Part shown: positions 43,100-64,000 of the stretch, piece after piece | Position numbering within the stretch: position 1 is the first letter of the stretch | How the letters are laid out: every line of letters begins with the position of its first letter | Assembly: GCA_963693365.1 (NCBI GenBank) | Contig: CAVNZM010000011.1 | Location: 3,205,098-3,269,097 of the forward strand | Length of the DNA: 64,000 nt | Direction of reading: 5' to 3' | Source of the DNA: Amoebidium appalachense | Taxonomy: Eukaryota; Protista; Ichthyosporea | Position numbers and translations under genes: made by a program | Notes under the pieces: generated by a model | The model's input: only the letters and a program-made list of their open reading frames with translations | Database searches by the model: none | Told to the model about the DNA's origin: nothing

Positions 43100-43530
43100 G
43101 TCAGTCTGTTAAAGGCTGAGAAGCCTGAGACACGCCCACGTGTGGGCGCTGCGCCCATAATTACCTGCAGATGTAAGCAGAGATAGCTACATGCAGAGAC
43201 AGGCTCACTAGGCACTAGAGATTTTCGAATTTGAAATGGGGAGAGGGGGAGTAGCTAATGTCGACGTCCCCCCTGGTGGTATCCCCATCCCCCCCCCCGA
43301 CCCACTCCCTCCTGGGGGGTGGGTGGGTCCCCCCCCATCCCCCCTCCTCAAGGTAGCCTCTGGGGTGGGTGGGTCCCCCCCCTTCCCCCCCCCCCCCGGA
43401 ACTGGCCGAGCCTGGCGGTGGGTCCCCCCCCCCCCTCCCTCCCCCCCCCCCCCCCCGCGGTCCCCCCTTCATGCGCGTGACTCCAGGTATTAATGAGTCT
43501 CTTTCCCACCCACCAAAAAGAAGAGTTTGT

Positions 43531-43561
<31 letters not shown>

Positions 43562-43613
43562 GGAGCGCTTGCCTCCGTTTGGGCCACTGACGCATCTCCC
43601 CCTAATCCCCCCC

Positions 43614-43646
<33 letters not shown>

Positions 43647-44040
43647 AGAGAGATTGGGGATAGGACATTTCGCACGAACATTAGAAATGCCGGGAACAGG
43701 TGCTAAAGAAGGAAAGAATTGCAACAAAGGATGATAAGAAGGAAGCATAACCAAATGAAAACAAAAGCGAGGTCCTAATTCATTCATACGCTGGCGCGCC
43801 GGAGGGAGACCAAAAACACTCAGCAAGGGAGCCGCCAAAGGATGCCTACGCAAGGTTCGAGAAATAAACTGGATGAATGCCATGCCATCATCCCCCCCCC
43901 CTCCCCCAGAAAATATAAAAAGAAGAAAAAGAAGAAGAAAGAAAGAAGAAAGAAAGGAACAAACCCGCGAATAGATGACTGTATCTAAATATCATGTAGT
44001 ACATATTTTAGGATATAGTTGTTAATAAACAAAAATACAG

Positions 44041-47269
<3,229 letters not shown>

Positions 47270-48136
47270 GGCAATAAGTTACACAGAAGATTGTTCGAAC
47301 GTTCGTGGGTTTTCATTTGTTTTTTTCTCCTTGTTGCAGCTACAGTCTGTGTATATGCAAGATGCACTTGGAAGTGCTGTAGGAATACAGTGATGTAGAG
47401 TAGAAAAATACACCTACCGGTATACGTACAGATGCAATCTGTGTATTAATTTGCATAAGAAAAGTCCCACCAATACACAGCAGATACGGTACATAATCAG
47501 AAGGGTGATCATCTTTCCACCTGCTGCACTGTGTGCATGCCGGTGCCCGATGTAATACTAAACCGAGGGTATCACGCTCACTAAACGCAATACTCTCTAC
47601 CACACTTTGAAGACGTATGTGCGTGTCGGCAAAGGAAGACCAGCACAAGTAAATCAAACCCGTGCAAAGCTCTGATGTGTCTCTACCAGTCCAGGAACAC
47701 CAGACATTAGCACTTTTCAGCCGTTAAGACATACCACACCGTGATGATTTATACGTGTATGTGCATGCCTACTGTACGTGTTGTCTACATGCACACATGG
47801 CAGAACACTTGTGCACACAGCCGTGTGTGCATATGAATTTGTGTCTAAACTCTATCCCAGAATTTTGCTCTTTCAATTACCACTGGCAAACAAATCAAAC
47901 ATTGGGGGAACAACCTAGCCATACCATACCACACCATCAAGCTTACGTATACTGACAACCAGGCAAAACGAAAATGAATCAAACAAACAAAAAACAACAA
48001 CAACAACAAAGAAAAACCAAACATCTATCATACTGCTGGCCCTACCAATATGATACCATACCACAATCCTACTAGATTAGCCTTTAGCGCATCGATATCA
48101 TTATGAAACTAAGTATTGATACATTTGCACATTCAT

Positions 48137-48169
<33 letters not shown>

Positions 48170-49215
48170 GCACGATAGTTATTAGATTTCCCCCTATACC
48201 TTTACAACATACATAAGTGGGACACCATATATATATGGTTATGTACAAATGAAGCTGCCGCATTCGAATATTAATACACCTCGTGTATTCATACAGTTTG
48301 GGATCAAATATCGAGTATAAATACACGAGGGGCGACTGTATATGCCATGCAAATACTATACCCCCAGCAACCAATAGTGACCTCCACCCACCTATGTCGC
48401 CAAAGTCCCACCGCTTGCAGGTCACTCTCTCATCTGTGGCTCGGACCTCTGCCCTGGAATTGGTACCTGAGTTGCCGTGCACGTGGCTCAGTGGGGGGGT
48501 TGCCTGGGGGTCGTGGCGGGGTGCTTGGCCGGGACTGGCGGGGGCGACTGGGCCGGGTTGGTGGCGGATGCGGATGTTGCAACGCAAACAGTTGCATATG
48601 ATAGAGTGGATCGTCGTGTTCTTGCCCCTGCTGGCTGCCAGGAGGGAAAGGGACTGGTGGGGGACCCTGGAAAATTGTGACAAGTGTTAGTTTATTTGGC
48701 ACAAAGCAATGGGTTGCCTGATAATCTGGTGTGCTTATATCTATGGTTGCGGATTGGCTGGCTCGATTTATAATCATGCATCAGTGAAAATGAAAGCACA
48801 CCCTATCGCCAAATTACGATTCCCGGTCGTGGGTTTTCAGTCAATGGATTGAAAATAACTCATCACATGCAAAAGGAAAGACAGAGAAATACTAAAACAA
48901 TCCTAGTAGGTGAGGCTGGAAGTCTTTTTTTTTTTCTTTTTGGCACAGGGGGAGGGGGGAGGGGAGAAGGAGGGCGGGAGGGGGGAAAGGGGGAGGTTTT
49001 GACCATAGATACTAAGGGTGAGAAGTGCCAAGCACACTTTTAGGGGAAGAGACAAGAGTAGGTAACTGGATAATGCATAATAGGGGGGCCGGGTCCAGAA
49101 TTAGGTAAGTGTGAGGACGGGGGGTAGTGGACACGAGAACAGTGGAAGTTTACTACAGCAGTATGTGTGCGTGTGTGTGTGTGTGGTGGTGGTGGTGGTG
49201 GTGCACGTGGTGGTG

Positions 49216-49294
<79 letters not shown>

Positions 49295-49501
49295 TGGATC
49301 AGCCCATATTGCGATCTTTATGATAACTTGGTAGGAACAAGAACGGAAACATAGATGCAAGTTGATTGCAGGAAAAAATCTCCTTTCTAACCGTATCTAG
49401 CTCATTTCTATTGTGATTGTGCATGGGCGTATGCACGCACGTCTGTGGGAGGGGAAGGAGTGGGTGTGATGGTGGTGGTGTTGCTGGTGGTGTGTGTGTG
49501 T

Positions 49502-49546
<45 letters not shown>

Positions 49547-50398
49547 AATAGTAACGGGGGGTGGTGCATGCATGCGCATGATTCAACAGTGTGCGTGTGT
49601 CTGTGTTGGCTGTGCGCATGAATGCATTGCCCGAGTGTATGTATGCTGTGTATGAACTCAGTGCAGTGTGTCACAGTGTCACGGTGTGTATGACATGCAT
49701 GTGTGTGCCGTGTGTGTGCGTGTGTATTTGTGTGTTTGGGTGCATGGATGGGTGGGTGGGTGGTGGTGGGGGGGGGGGGGGGGGCTAATATTACAGTCAT
49801 GATCATATAGTGCCATGTGTGTGCGTCCGTATTTGTGTGTTTGGGTGCATGGATGGGTGGGTGGGTGGGTGGGGGGGGGGCTAATATTACAGTCATGATC
49901 ATATATTGATTGCCGCAGTACTATGAACCAAGATTTGTTATTGTCCGCACGTGCACGACACCACGTGTGCTCACTCATCATCCTTTCTTCTTTTTTTCCC
50001 CTTTTGTTTCGAGGTTGCAGGCCCGTGCAACCACCATATACATGGGCCAGCCATGGCCAATCAAGAGCGGTCCAGCCAGAACCATTACCTTGTATAAGTT
50101 TGTTTGCTGTGCAACTGATTACGGACAAGGAACAATCATTATTGAACGTATACACAAGTGGGTGGACAAACCGTGTACGCATGCCTCCTACGTATGCCCT
50201 CCTTGCTGTTTCAAAGCTGATGGATGCTATGGTGTCCATCACTGGTAGAACTCCAATTATGTTGCACAAAAAAAGAAGAAAGAAAAAAAAAGGGGAAAAG
50301 AAAACAAAACGCAAAATGAAAAGGAAGCACGAAAAATATCTTCTTCAACCACGGCGCCTACACACAATCCACAAATACACACGCCGGCGGGGGCAGCC

Positions 50399-50490
<92 letters not shown>

Positions 50491-50597
50491 CCCAAAAGCC
50501 ACGTAGACTGCTCCAAAACAGGCCCGTGTGCACTCTACGCTCAGCATAGAACTGCACACAGTGTCTGCAAATTGTGACCCACAGAGCCACATGATAT

Positions 50598-55350
<4,753 letters not shown>

Positions 55351-56063
55351 TGTGTGTTTTGCTCTAACTCCCAATAAAGCACACTAGCAAACCATATACT
55401 TCTACCCTGCCTCGTATGGCCGTCCCGCGTTCACGCAGGACTAACAAGACAAGCTCCTTAAAAATATGGTGCCACAAATTGAGAAAAATTTGAGCAGCAG
55501 GCGCTAACTATATGTTCGTTTTGGTAAGAAAATAATATAAAATAAAACCTAAACTGATACACTGGCTCCCTTTGCAAACCCGAGTATTTCGCGATCGTGG
55601 TGCCCTAGTCAGGCAGAAAACGTGTTCCGGCTGTGTGTGTGGCCGCGTACGCGTCGTGAAATGAGCAACCAACCCAAACCAGCTGCCATATTGGGAAATC
55701 GGATTACTTCATATGGTTCTTGCTCAGATGACGATTTGGGTCCGTGGCTCATTCATTGTGGTTGGTACCTCACCAATCCACCTCTCAGACCTGCTTTTGT
55801 TTTCTTTACTATAGGGCGCATTGTTTTTCTTTACTATCCCAAGGCATATAGGATGCGACATTCTAGCGCACTGTCCTCGAGAACAATGCTCTTTTGGTCG
55901 AAAGTAGGTGGAAGGGTTGAAGGTGACGGTTACAACATCTCCAACCGCGAGGACATGACATCAAGGAGGGAATTTACATAAAATTGCCTTTTCACGGGCT
56001 GCACTATATACACAGTAGCACTCTATCAGTATATTGCCCCTTAGGTGTTAACCATCTGAGAGA
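55351..56063. promoter_or_regulatory. Putative bidirectional promoter region between MRPL19 and the IMP-like gene
   Basis: 713 nt between divergent ATGs, free of microsatellites and long C/G runs, with CpG retained. Confidence 0.5.
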
Positions 56064-56169
56064 ATGGGAAGGAGGCATTGGCTTGCTCTTGCGCGCTACC
56101 TGCGCTACTACCGGATATCCGCCATGGTGAAGGTATGCACTTGAAAGCAGATCCCCCTCCTCCTCCTCC

Positions 56170-56202
<33 letters not shown>

Positions 56203-56692
56203 TCCTTTCCCTCCCTCACCAGCCAGCCCACCCCCAGACACACCACACGCACGCACATTTACTCCCTCCGCCCCGCCCTTCTTCCCGCCTCCTCCTCCTT
56301 GCCTCTTTTCGCTGCTACCTTTTGCGCCCCTCCTCCCTCCCCCCCCCCCCCCCCCCCCCCCCCTCCCCCCTCTCCGTCCCTGCCTGGGCGGTTCACTTTC
56401 CCCTTCTCTCACTGACTCTCGTTCTTTATGGCATACATGTATATTAAGTGCGGAAAGTGATAATAATCGAAAATTCTAAAGCGAATGTGCACTGGTGGTA
56501 TAAAAACATTAGAACCCCCCCCCCCCCCCCCCCCCCCCCCGGGGTGCCGTCCCGCCCCGCTTTTCCCCTAGGCCCCCACCCCCGGACAGCTTAAAGGCAG
56601 CTCTCCGGCCCTCCCCCAACCAGCCACAGATCCAGGATTAAGAATCCCAAGCTGTATATGAAGTGAATTTGCAGCAGCCCCTTTTTCCCGTT

Positions 56693-56727
<35 letters not shown>

Positions 56728-57383
56728 AGGCTTGAAGTTTTTTTTTTTGTTGCAGGCTTGAAGTATTCATTGCCTTCAGTCTACTGCTTTCTACCCGGCT
56801 CCCCCCTCCCCCTTGAGTCCTCCCCCCCCCCCCCCCCCCTCCCCCCCCCCCCCCCCCCTTCCCTTCCCCCACCCCCCGTCCTGTCCTCCCTCCACCTCCC
56901 CTTCCCCTCTTTGCTCTCAGGAGCAAGGGTGCAGGAGTGTTGGGAGGAGGTTGTCCATCCTTAGCTTTCCGTTTAACTAAACCCCTTGTTCCCTGTGCCA
57001 TTCTTCTCCCCCCTGCTTTGAAGGCACATTTTGTTTCCAACTTGCTTCCTCCCCACTCCTCTCCCCCCTCCCCTTTAAATACCAGTCGGGCCTATACTAT
57101 ACGCGGAAGACTAACTCGTTATCCTCCCCCCCCCCCCCCCTCCCTCCCCCCCCCCCCCCCCCCCCCCCCCCCCACCCCCCGGCTCCCCTTGTCGTTCATT
57201 CAGTCTGGGCTATATGATGCCCACAGGCCCAGCGTCAAACGTCTTCTCTCGTCAGTCAACGACACCAAGTACTTTTTGTTCGAAGGCAATGCCATGCTGC
57301 CCACTATAGGCCCAGGTTACACGGTGGGTCTTTTGCTGTGTTTCAACTTGAGATGTTTCTGTGTTTGTGGTCGCTGACTGTGT

Positions 57384-57414
<31 letters not shown>

Positions 57415-57702
57415 GGGGTTTGGATGGGTGGATGGGCGGGTGTGTGGTCTGGTGGGTAGATGTGGGATGACAATAGACAAGGGTACCCCTGGTGGCCGAT
57501 GCACATGTGGCATTTCGTTCTCTGTACACAAAATCACAGCACAGCTTGTTTGTATGAGAGATATGCAATTTTCCCCCCGCCCCGCCACCCCCCACCTCCG
57601 ACCCCCCCAATCCCCCGCGCTGTGCTGTTATTGACCATTTTGTCCCCCATGGTTGCCACAGCTCCTGGAAGCAAGAGTCAGGCCTGCACTACGACGTAAG
57701 CT

Positions 57703-57746
<44 letters not shown>

Positions 57747-57846
57747 AAAAAAAAAAAAAACGCACCTGGGGTGGAGAATTAACAAGGGTTGAATTGAGGA
57801 ATTTCGATATAGACAGGGATGAGACGATGAGACGGGTGGCGGGCAG

Positions 57847-57885
<39 letters not shown>

Positions 57886-58058
57886 ATGGGTCCGAATATG
57901 CCACAGAAGGCTTCTTTTATTTCTTTTTTTCTCATTGGCTGCTTGTTATTTTAAACCCAGGGCTGTATAAAGGAGATGTGGTAGTGGTGGAACATCCCGA
58001 TAGCCCAACCGACATCATGGTCAGGCGCCTGACTGCAATGTCAGGGGACTTGCTGGTA

Positions 58059-58108
<50 letters not shown>

Positions 58109-58316
58109 CATATAACCCCCCCCCCCCTCTCCCCCACCACCCTTAAGGTTAGAGGTGTGTACTGTGGTCTTGGCTGTGTATCCTTGTGCTTCTGTCGCAT
58201 GCTTACGTGCTGGTAACATACGAGAAACAAGGATTCTCTCGCTCTTTTTTTCTTTCTTTTTTGTTTGTTTTTGTGTTTGTGTGTGTGTGTGTGCGTGTGT
58301 GTGTGTGTGTGTTTAA

Positions 58317-58356
<40 letters not shown>

Positions 58357-58941
58357 CGTTTTGCAGATATATCGACTAGAGTCCCTCATCAGGGGACACA
58401 TTCACAGTACTTTATTAAGATCGGCCTTCAAGGCCAAAAAAGCTCGATCTCGAGTAAGATTAGATAGCATTTTATGAGGCCGGCCAGGCCTTAAATACAA
58501 AAAGGAGAAAAAACAACACACAGCTAAACATAGATCTAATATTAGCTAAATCAATCGACACACTGGTACATTGCCTGGAGTAAACAGCATCTATCCCACT
58601 GGTACATGTACTGTCATCATCCAACCAACACCCGTGTAGTACCTTTGTCAAGCGTTCCTACGATACTACATAAGAGAAGAGAGGGTTATATGTGTACGTG
58701 TGTACGTGTGTACGTGTGTGTGTATGTGTGTATGTGTGAGGGAGGGAGGGAGGGAGGGTTGGGAGGGAGGGAGGGAGGGAGGGGGGAGGGAGGGGGGGAG
58801 GGAGGGAGAGAAAGAGAGAAAGAGAGAGAGTGTGCATGTCTGTATGTGTGTGTGTGTGTGTGTGTGTGTTTGCGTGTGTGTGTGAGTGTGCATGTGAGTG
58901 TGCATGTGCATGTGCATGTGCATGTGCATGTGCATGTGTGT

Positions 58942-58984
<43 letters not shown>

Positions 58985-59449
58985 GGAGGGAGGGAGGGAG
59001 GGAGGGAGGGAGGGAGGGAGGGAGGGAGGGAGGGAGGGACGGAGGGAGGGAGGGATGGTTGGGAGGGAGGGAGGGAGGGGGGAGGGAGGGAGGGAGGGAG
59101 GGAGAGAAAGAGAGAGAGACTGTGTGTGTGTGTGCATATCTGTATGTGTGTGTGTATGTGCGTGTTTGCGTGTGTGCGTGTGTGCATGTGTGAGTGTACA
59201 TGTGCATGTGTGTGTGTCTGTGTGTGCATATGTGCATGTGTGTGTGTGTGTGTGTGTATGCGTGTCTGTGTCTGATGTGTGGATGTCTGTGTATGTTGTG
59301 TGTGTGTGTATGTCTGTGTGTGTGTATGTGCTCAGTTGAAAGGGAAGGGGGGGAGAGGGGGGATGCACCGTGTGTGTGCATGTGTGCACGTGTGTGTGTG
59401 TGTGCTCTGTGGAGAGGGAAGGGGAGGGGGGAAATGCACCGTGTGTGTG

Positions 59450-59491
<42 letters not shown>

Positions 59492-59699
59492 GTGTGTTTG
59501 TCTGTGTGTGCATGTCTGTGTACGTCGTGTGTGGTGTGTGTGTGTATGTGCATGTCTGTGCATGTGTGCATGTGCTCGGTGGAGAGGGAAGGGCAAGGGG
59601 GGGATTCGTGTCCGTGCATGTGTGCATGTGTGCATGTGCCCATATTCATGCCCCCCCATCCCCCCCCCCCCCCCCCCCCCCCCCCCCTGATCACACATA

Positions 59700-59730
<31 letters not shown>

Positions 59731-59846
59731 AAAAAAAAAAAAAACCCTTCACCCCTTGAACCCCCACTAATGCACATACTGAAGAAAGCTGTACGTCCAC
59801 CATAGTCTTGAGGTTTGGGATTTCTAGTTTCTGTGCAATTCTTGTG

Positions 59847-59885
<39 letters not shown>

Positions 59886-60448
59886 ACGTATGGTTTGCAC
59901 TATGCATCGTGCTTTCCGTTATGAATGTGTGCTTCGTACTCCATAACACATTCTAACCCCCCCTCCCTACCTCCTCCCTCCCTCCCTTCCCCCTCCCCCC
60001 CTCTTATTCCAGGTGTCGGACAAGGATCTACCGACATACCGGCTACCCCCCAACCACTACTGGGTCAGCTGTGACAATGAAGAGGCCACCTTCGACAGGT
60101 GGGCACATCCATACATCCATCCAGCCCATCTAGACCCTCTGCGAAACCATTTCTCCGTGTGGTTTTATGCTTCCCTCTCCCCGTTGTTGATATACCTCAC
60201 TGCTCTCCTACATCATTTGAAATTCTGTTTCATCTTCACACTTGGCTTTCGGTGACTTCAACTAAACTATCTTATTTTTGTATCCAACCCCACTTCAATT
60301 GGATTACTTGATCCTCTTTTGAGAATGGATCTTGCGTATGTTTCGCACTCCGTGAGTGTTTTTATCTTTCAGTCTCGCATTAATTCTCCCGCAGTGTATT
60401 CCAGACTGTTGGCAAAACTAACATCCCCCCCCCCCCCCCCCCCTGCTC

Positions 60449-60483
<35 letters not shown>

Positions 60484-60900
60484 CACACACACACACACAC
60501 ACATTTTTTCCTGTGGTATTGCATCACATCCGATACGGCTTCACAATCCTGTTGATGCCTTTCAACGGTCCTTGGCTCCCTTCTCCCCTCTCCTCTCTCG
60601 CTCCCTCCAAAAACCCAAACATACCCACTAACTGTACCCCAACCCCCTCCATACGCCTCCACAGCCGGACCTATGGCCCCCTCCACTCGAGCCACATTCT
60701 TGGCCGGGTGGTGCACACAGTAGCCAGTGATGGCCGTGCACTGGCAAGGGTCATGAACAGCCCACAGGGTGTGTAATATACCCCCCTCCCCCCCCCTCCC
60801 CCCTCCCCCCCCCCTCCCCTCCCGCCCCAGTCTTTTCCTCTCTTCCCTTCCTCAAGTTTGGTTGTCTTGATGTTGAACGTGGTAATTCAGTGCCCCCCCC

Positions 60901-60931
<31 letters not shown>

Positions 60932-61512
60932 ACGCCCCGCCCCCTCCCCCCACCCACCCACCCACCCACCCCACCCTCACCACCCCCACCCCCCCCGGGG
61001 GAAAGCCGGGCCCCACTCTCTCCACTCTTCCTCTCCACCCCACCAGCCCATGTCTTTAAGCAGCCGTTCCTTGGTCCCTTGTCTCCGCCGCGATTCCATT
61101 TTGCTGCCTCAACCCCCCCCCCCCCCCCCCCCCCCTTCTCCGCTCCTCTTCCCCTCTCCCTCCCCCCTTTCGTCTTGTTGCGCTAGTGTCTTGTCTTTAT
61201 TTCATTCACACCCCCAGTTTCCTTCGTGTTTGCCTTTGCCATGCCATTTGAATGGTTTGCACCCGTAGTGCTTCTCTGTGTGACCTTCGAACTTTTTGCT
61301 TGTACGAAAGATAACCCTTCCTCTCTTCCCCCCCCCACCCCCACCCCCAACTACATGCACACAACACATTACATAAACGTATGCACTGAAACATTCACCA
61401 CCTCGGCTGCACGTGTTCTTCCTGACATCTTCATACACTTATTCATCACACACACACACACACGCACACACACATGCTCGCCTGTGTGAGAACGCGCACG
61501 CACGCGCGCGCG

Positions 61513-61543
<31 letters not shown>

Positions 61544-61703
61544 AGCCCAGATAGACGACCACGATGCCCAACTCTTGTCGGCCAGGCAGGCCACTGTTTG
61601 GTGGAACACACTGCAAAAATGGCGCAGGATGATTAGTTGGCTGGGGTTGAGTGGGAGGAGGGTAAATGATGGTGCAAGACCGAAGACAAAGGAGGGCAAG
61701 TAG
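56064..61703 (+). CDS. Peptidase S26 / mitochondrial inner-membrane protease (IMP)-like protein, predicted inactive
   Basis: Seven phase-consistent exons 56064-56132, 57204-57323, 57662-57695, 57961-58055, 60013-60098, 60665-60768 and 61546-61703. Motifs [34 protein letters not shown] and DSRTYGP..ILGRV. Confidence 0.88.
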
Positions 61704-61925
61704 TTGATAACACGCGTACGGCAGTGCCACGTTCCTGGACGCACTTTTATCACGTGTCTCTCTCTCTCTCTCTCTCTCCTCCCTCCCCTCCCCCCCCCCC
61801 CCCCCCTCTCCCTCCCCCCCCTCCCCCCCTCTCTTTCTTCCCCTTCTCCTCCCCCCTCCTCCCCCCCCCCCCTCCCTCTCCCCCCCCCCCTCGCCCCCTC
61901 TCTTTCTTCCCCTCCTCCTCCCCCC

Positions 61926-61959
<34 letters not shown>

Positions 61960-62561
61960 AGCCCTCCCTTTCCTGGCCCCCTGCCCCTCTATCTCTCACC
62001 GTCCCTCTCCCTCTGTCCGATCATTTATGTTGTTATTGAATGACATGATGGGTCTTTTCTTTTTACCTGCCCCCTGGGGCCTTATTTACTCTTTTAGAAA
62101 TCCAAGCCTGCCTGCAATGTGAATATCAACAAACTGTGTATGCTTTTGATCTGAAAGAGTATCTAAAGCTATCTGGATCACCACATTGAAGCACGCCTGT
62201 TTATCAACAATCAAGCCCAAGGTAATGATGGTGGTCGTGCATGTCACGGTACGGCTGCGCGCACATGCACGCTTGGCTTTTTTTAAATTCTCATTTGTTT
62301 CTTATTATTTTATTTTAATTTTTTTTGGGGTGGAGGGGAGGGGAAAGAATAGACTGATATTTTTGGAGCTTTTGAATGACCTATTTTTCCAGAAATGTAA
62401 ATATACACCTTCCACAATCTGGTGCAGCCGTCCCCCCCCCCCCCCCCCCCCCCGTTGGCTGTATGTAGATCTGCCCATGAATCGCCCTTCCTTGCCTCCC
62501 TCGATCACCACCCTACAATACACATACGGCCACAATTCACACAACTAACTTCACTCATTCG

Positions 62562-62624
<63 letters not shown>

Positions 62625-62979
62625 CACGCTGCACATCCACACACGTGTACGTGCACACCCGGTTAACACAGACGGTCACGTACCCGCACATGCGCGCACA
62701 CACACCCACACAAACACAGATAAACACCCTCGCCCACAGACACACACACCGTTGCACACATAGAGGCACACAGCACACCCGCCCACCCACAGACACACGG
62801 TAACAGATACAAGTGGGTGCCTGCCCGTTTTAAATCACATTTTCTTTTTTTATTATTTAGATTTTAAAAAAGAGTAGGAAGGAAAAACAAATTATGTTGC
62901 AACAGGAGGGGCAAAAAAAAAGAAAAACCCAGTCAATCCAAAGTCTATGATAATCATCAATGTTGATAATGGCACGTTC

Positions 62980-63062
62980 GGTGTGTGTGTGTGTGTGCGT
63001 GCGTGCGCGCGCACGCCGAGCGCGAATGTTCCAAGGCAACACACCCAGACCCACACATGCAC

Positions 63063-63097
<35 letters not shown>

Positions 63098-63123
63098 GCA
63101 CACACACCACACACTTTCGCGCT

Positions 63124-63162
<39 letters not shown>

Positions 63163-63190
63163 GGCAACACACCCAGACCCACACATGCAC

Positions 63191-63228
<38 letters not shown>

Positions 63229-63256
63229 CACACACTTTCGCGCTCGCGCGTGCGCG

Positions 63257-63315
<59 letters not shown>

Positions 63316-63394
63316 CACACACACCACACACTTTCGCGCCCGCGCGTGCGCACACACACACACACACACACACATGTACGCAGCACACAGCACG

Positions 63395-63428
<34 letters not shown>

Positions 63429-63690
63429 GCACACAGACACACACACACACACACACATGTACACAGCACACAGCACACACACACACACAACCACACAGAT
63501 ACAGACACACACACACGCACACACACGTACACAGCACACATAGTACATACATACAGAAGCACGCAGACACACAGACACAGAGACACGACACACACACACA
63601 CATGCAAACAGCACACACACAAGCACACAGACACAAACCCAGAGACACACACACACACAAACACAGACACACAGACACACACACACATGT
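62980..63690. repeat. Compound (CA)n tract with duplicated higher-order units
   Basis: AAGGCAACACACCCAGACCCACACATGCACAAGCAAA at ~63033 and ~63161. ACTTTCGCGC recurs three times. Confidence 0.85.
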
Positions 63691-64000
63691 ACACGCTCTC
63701 GTACTAAAAGATGTCGCCGCACGGTTGTAGCCGCCCACCGTGCCCGCCGTGGCCGCAGGAGTGGACCGTTGATAGGAGGGGGCCAGGCTTGAAGCCGGAG
63801 AGTCATTTTATAGACTCACTCATATGGCACGGTCCATTCCAAGCATGCGCTCGGCATGTGACGAGACCAGTGCCCTGTATGCCGGTCTATGGCCCCCACC
63901 CTGAGTGACTGACTCCCGTCTTGACGCCGGCAAAGTAGACACCATTTTCATGATGCTTTTATACCCCAGCCAGATGGCGTTTGATTGTGGGACCAACGGT

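Noticed and set aside
48390-48667. GC-rich minus-strand exon-like segment (..TCKRWDFGDI)
   Set aside because: Several frames are open, no family motif is recognisable and no linkable neighbouring exon was found.

Overview
Eukaryotic, intron-rich genomic DNA, probably from a unicellular opisthokont or holozoan-like protist (inference). Introns and intergenic DNA are saturated with poly-C/poly-G runs, (CA)n/(GT)n tracts and alternating purine-pyrimidine tracts, so almost every entry in the ORF track is a repeat artefact. By splicing GT-AG exons by hand I reconstructed: a complete 19-exon MCM6 (11541-23608, +); mitoribosomal bL19m (50598-55350, -) head-to-head with a catalytically dead S26/IMP-like peptidase (56064-61703, +); a NUDT18-like Nudix hydrolase (44041-47269, +); a CD225/dispanin protein with a Cys-containing C-terminal extension (36810-40381, +); a LicD/fukutin-family fragment (31425-33124, -); a diacylglycerol-kinase C-terminal fragment (26128-28706, +); an acidic Trp-motif tail (9211-10241, +); and a 5'-disrupted BAH/Tudor-like gene with a duplicated exon (1637-6507, +). 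The most unusual features are microsatellites fused directly to splice sites ((GT)n donors, (CA)n-AG acceptors), a 70-bp inverted repeat bracketing the Nudix-box exon, a hairpin-repeat/spacer array at 589-776, and a candidate structured RNA inside the dispanin intron. Several one-base frame breaks at short homopolymers suggest assembly error. All family calls are by motif recognition only; no database searches were run.
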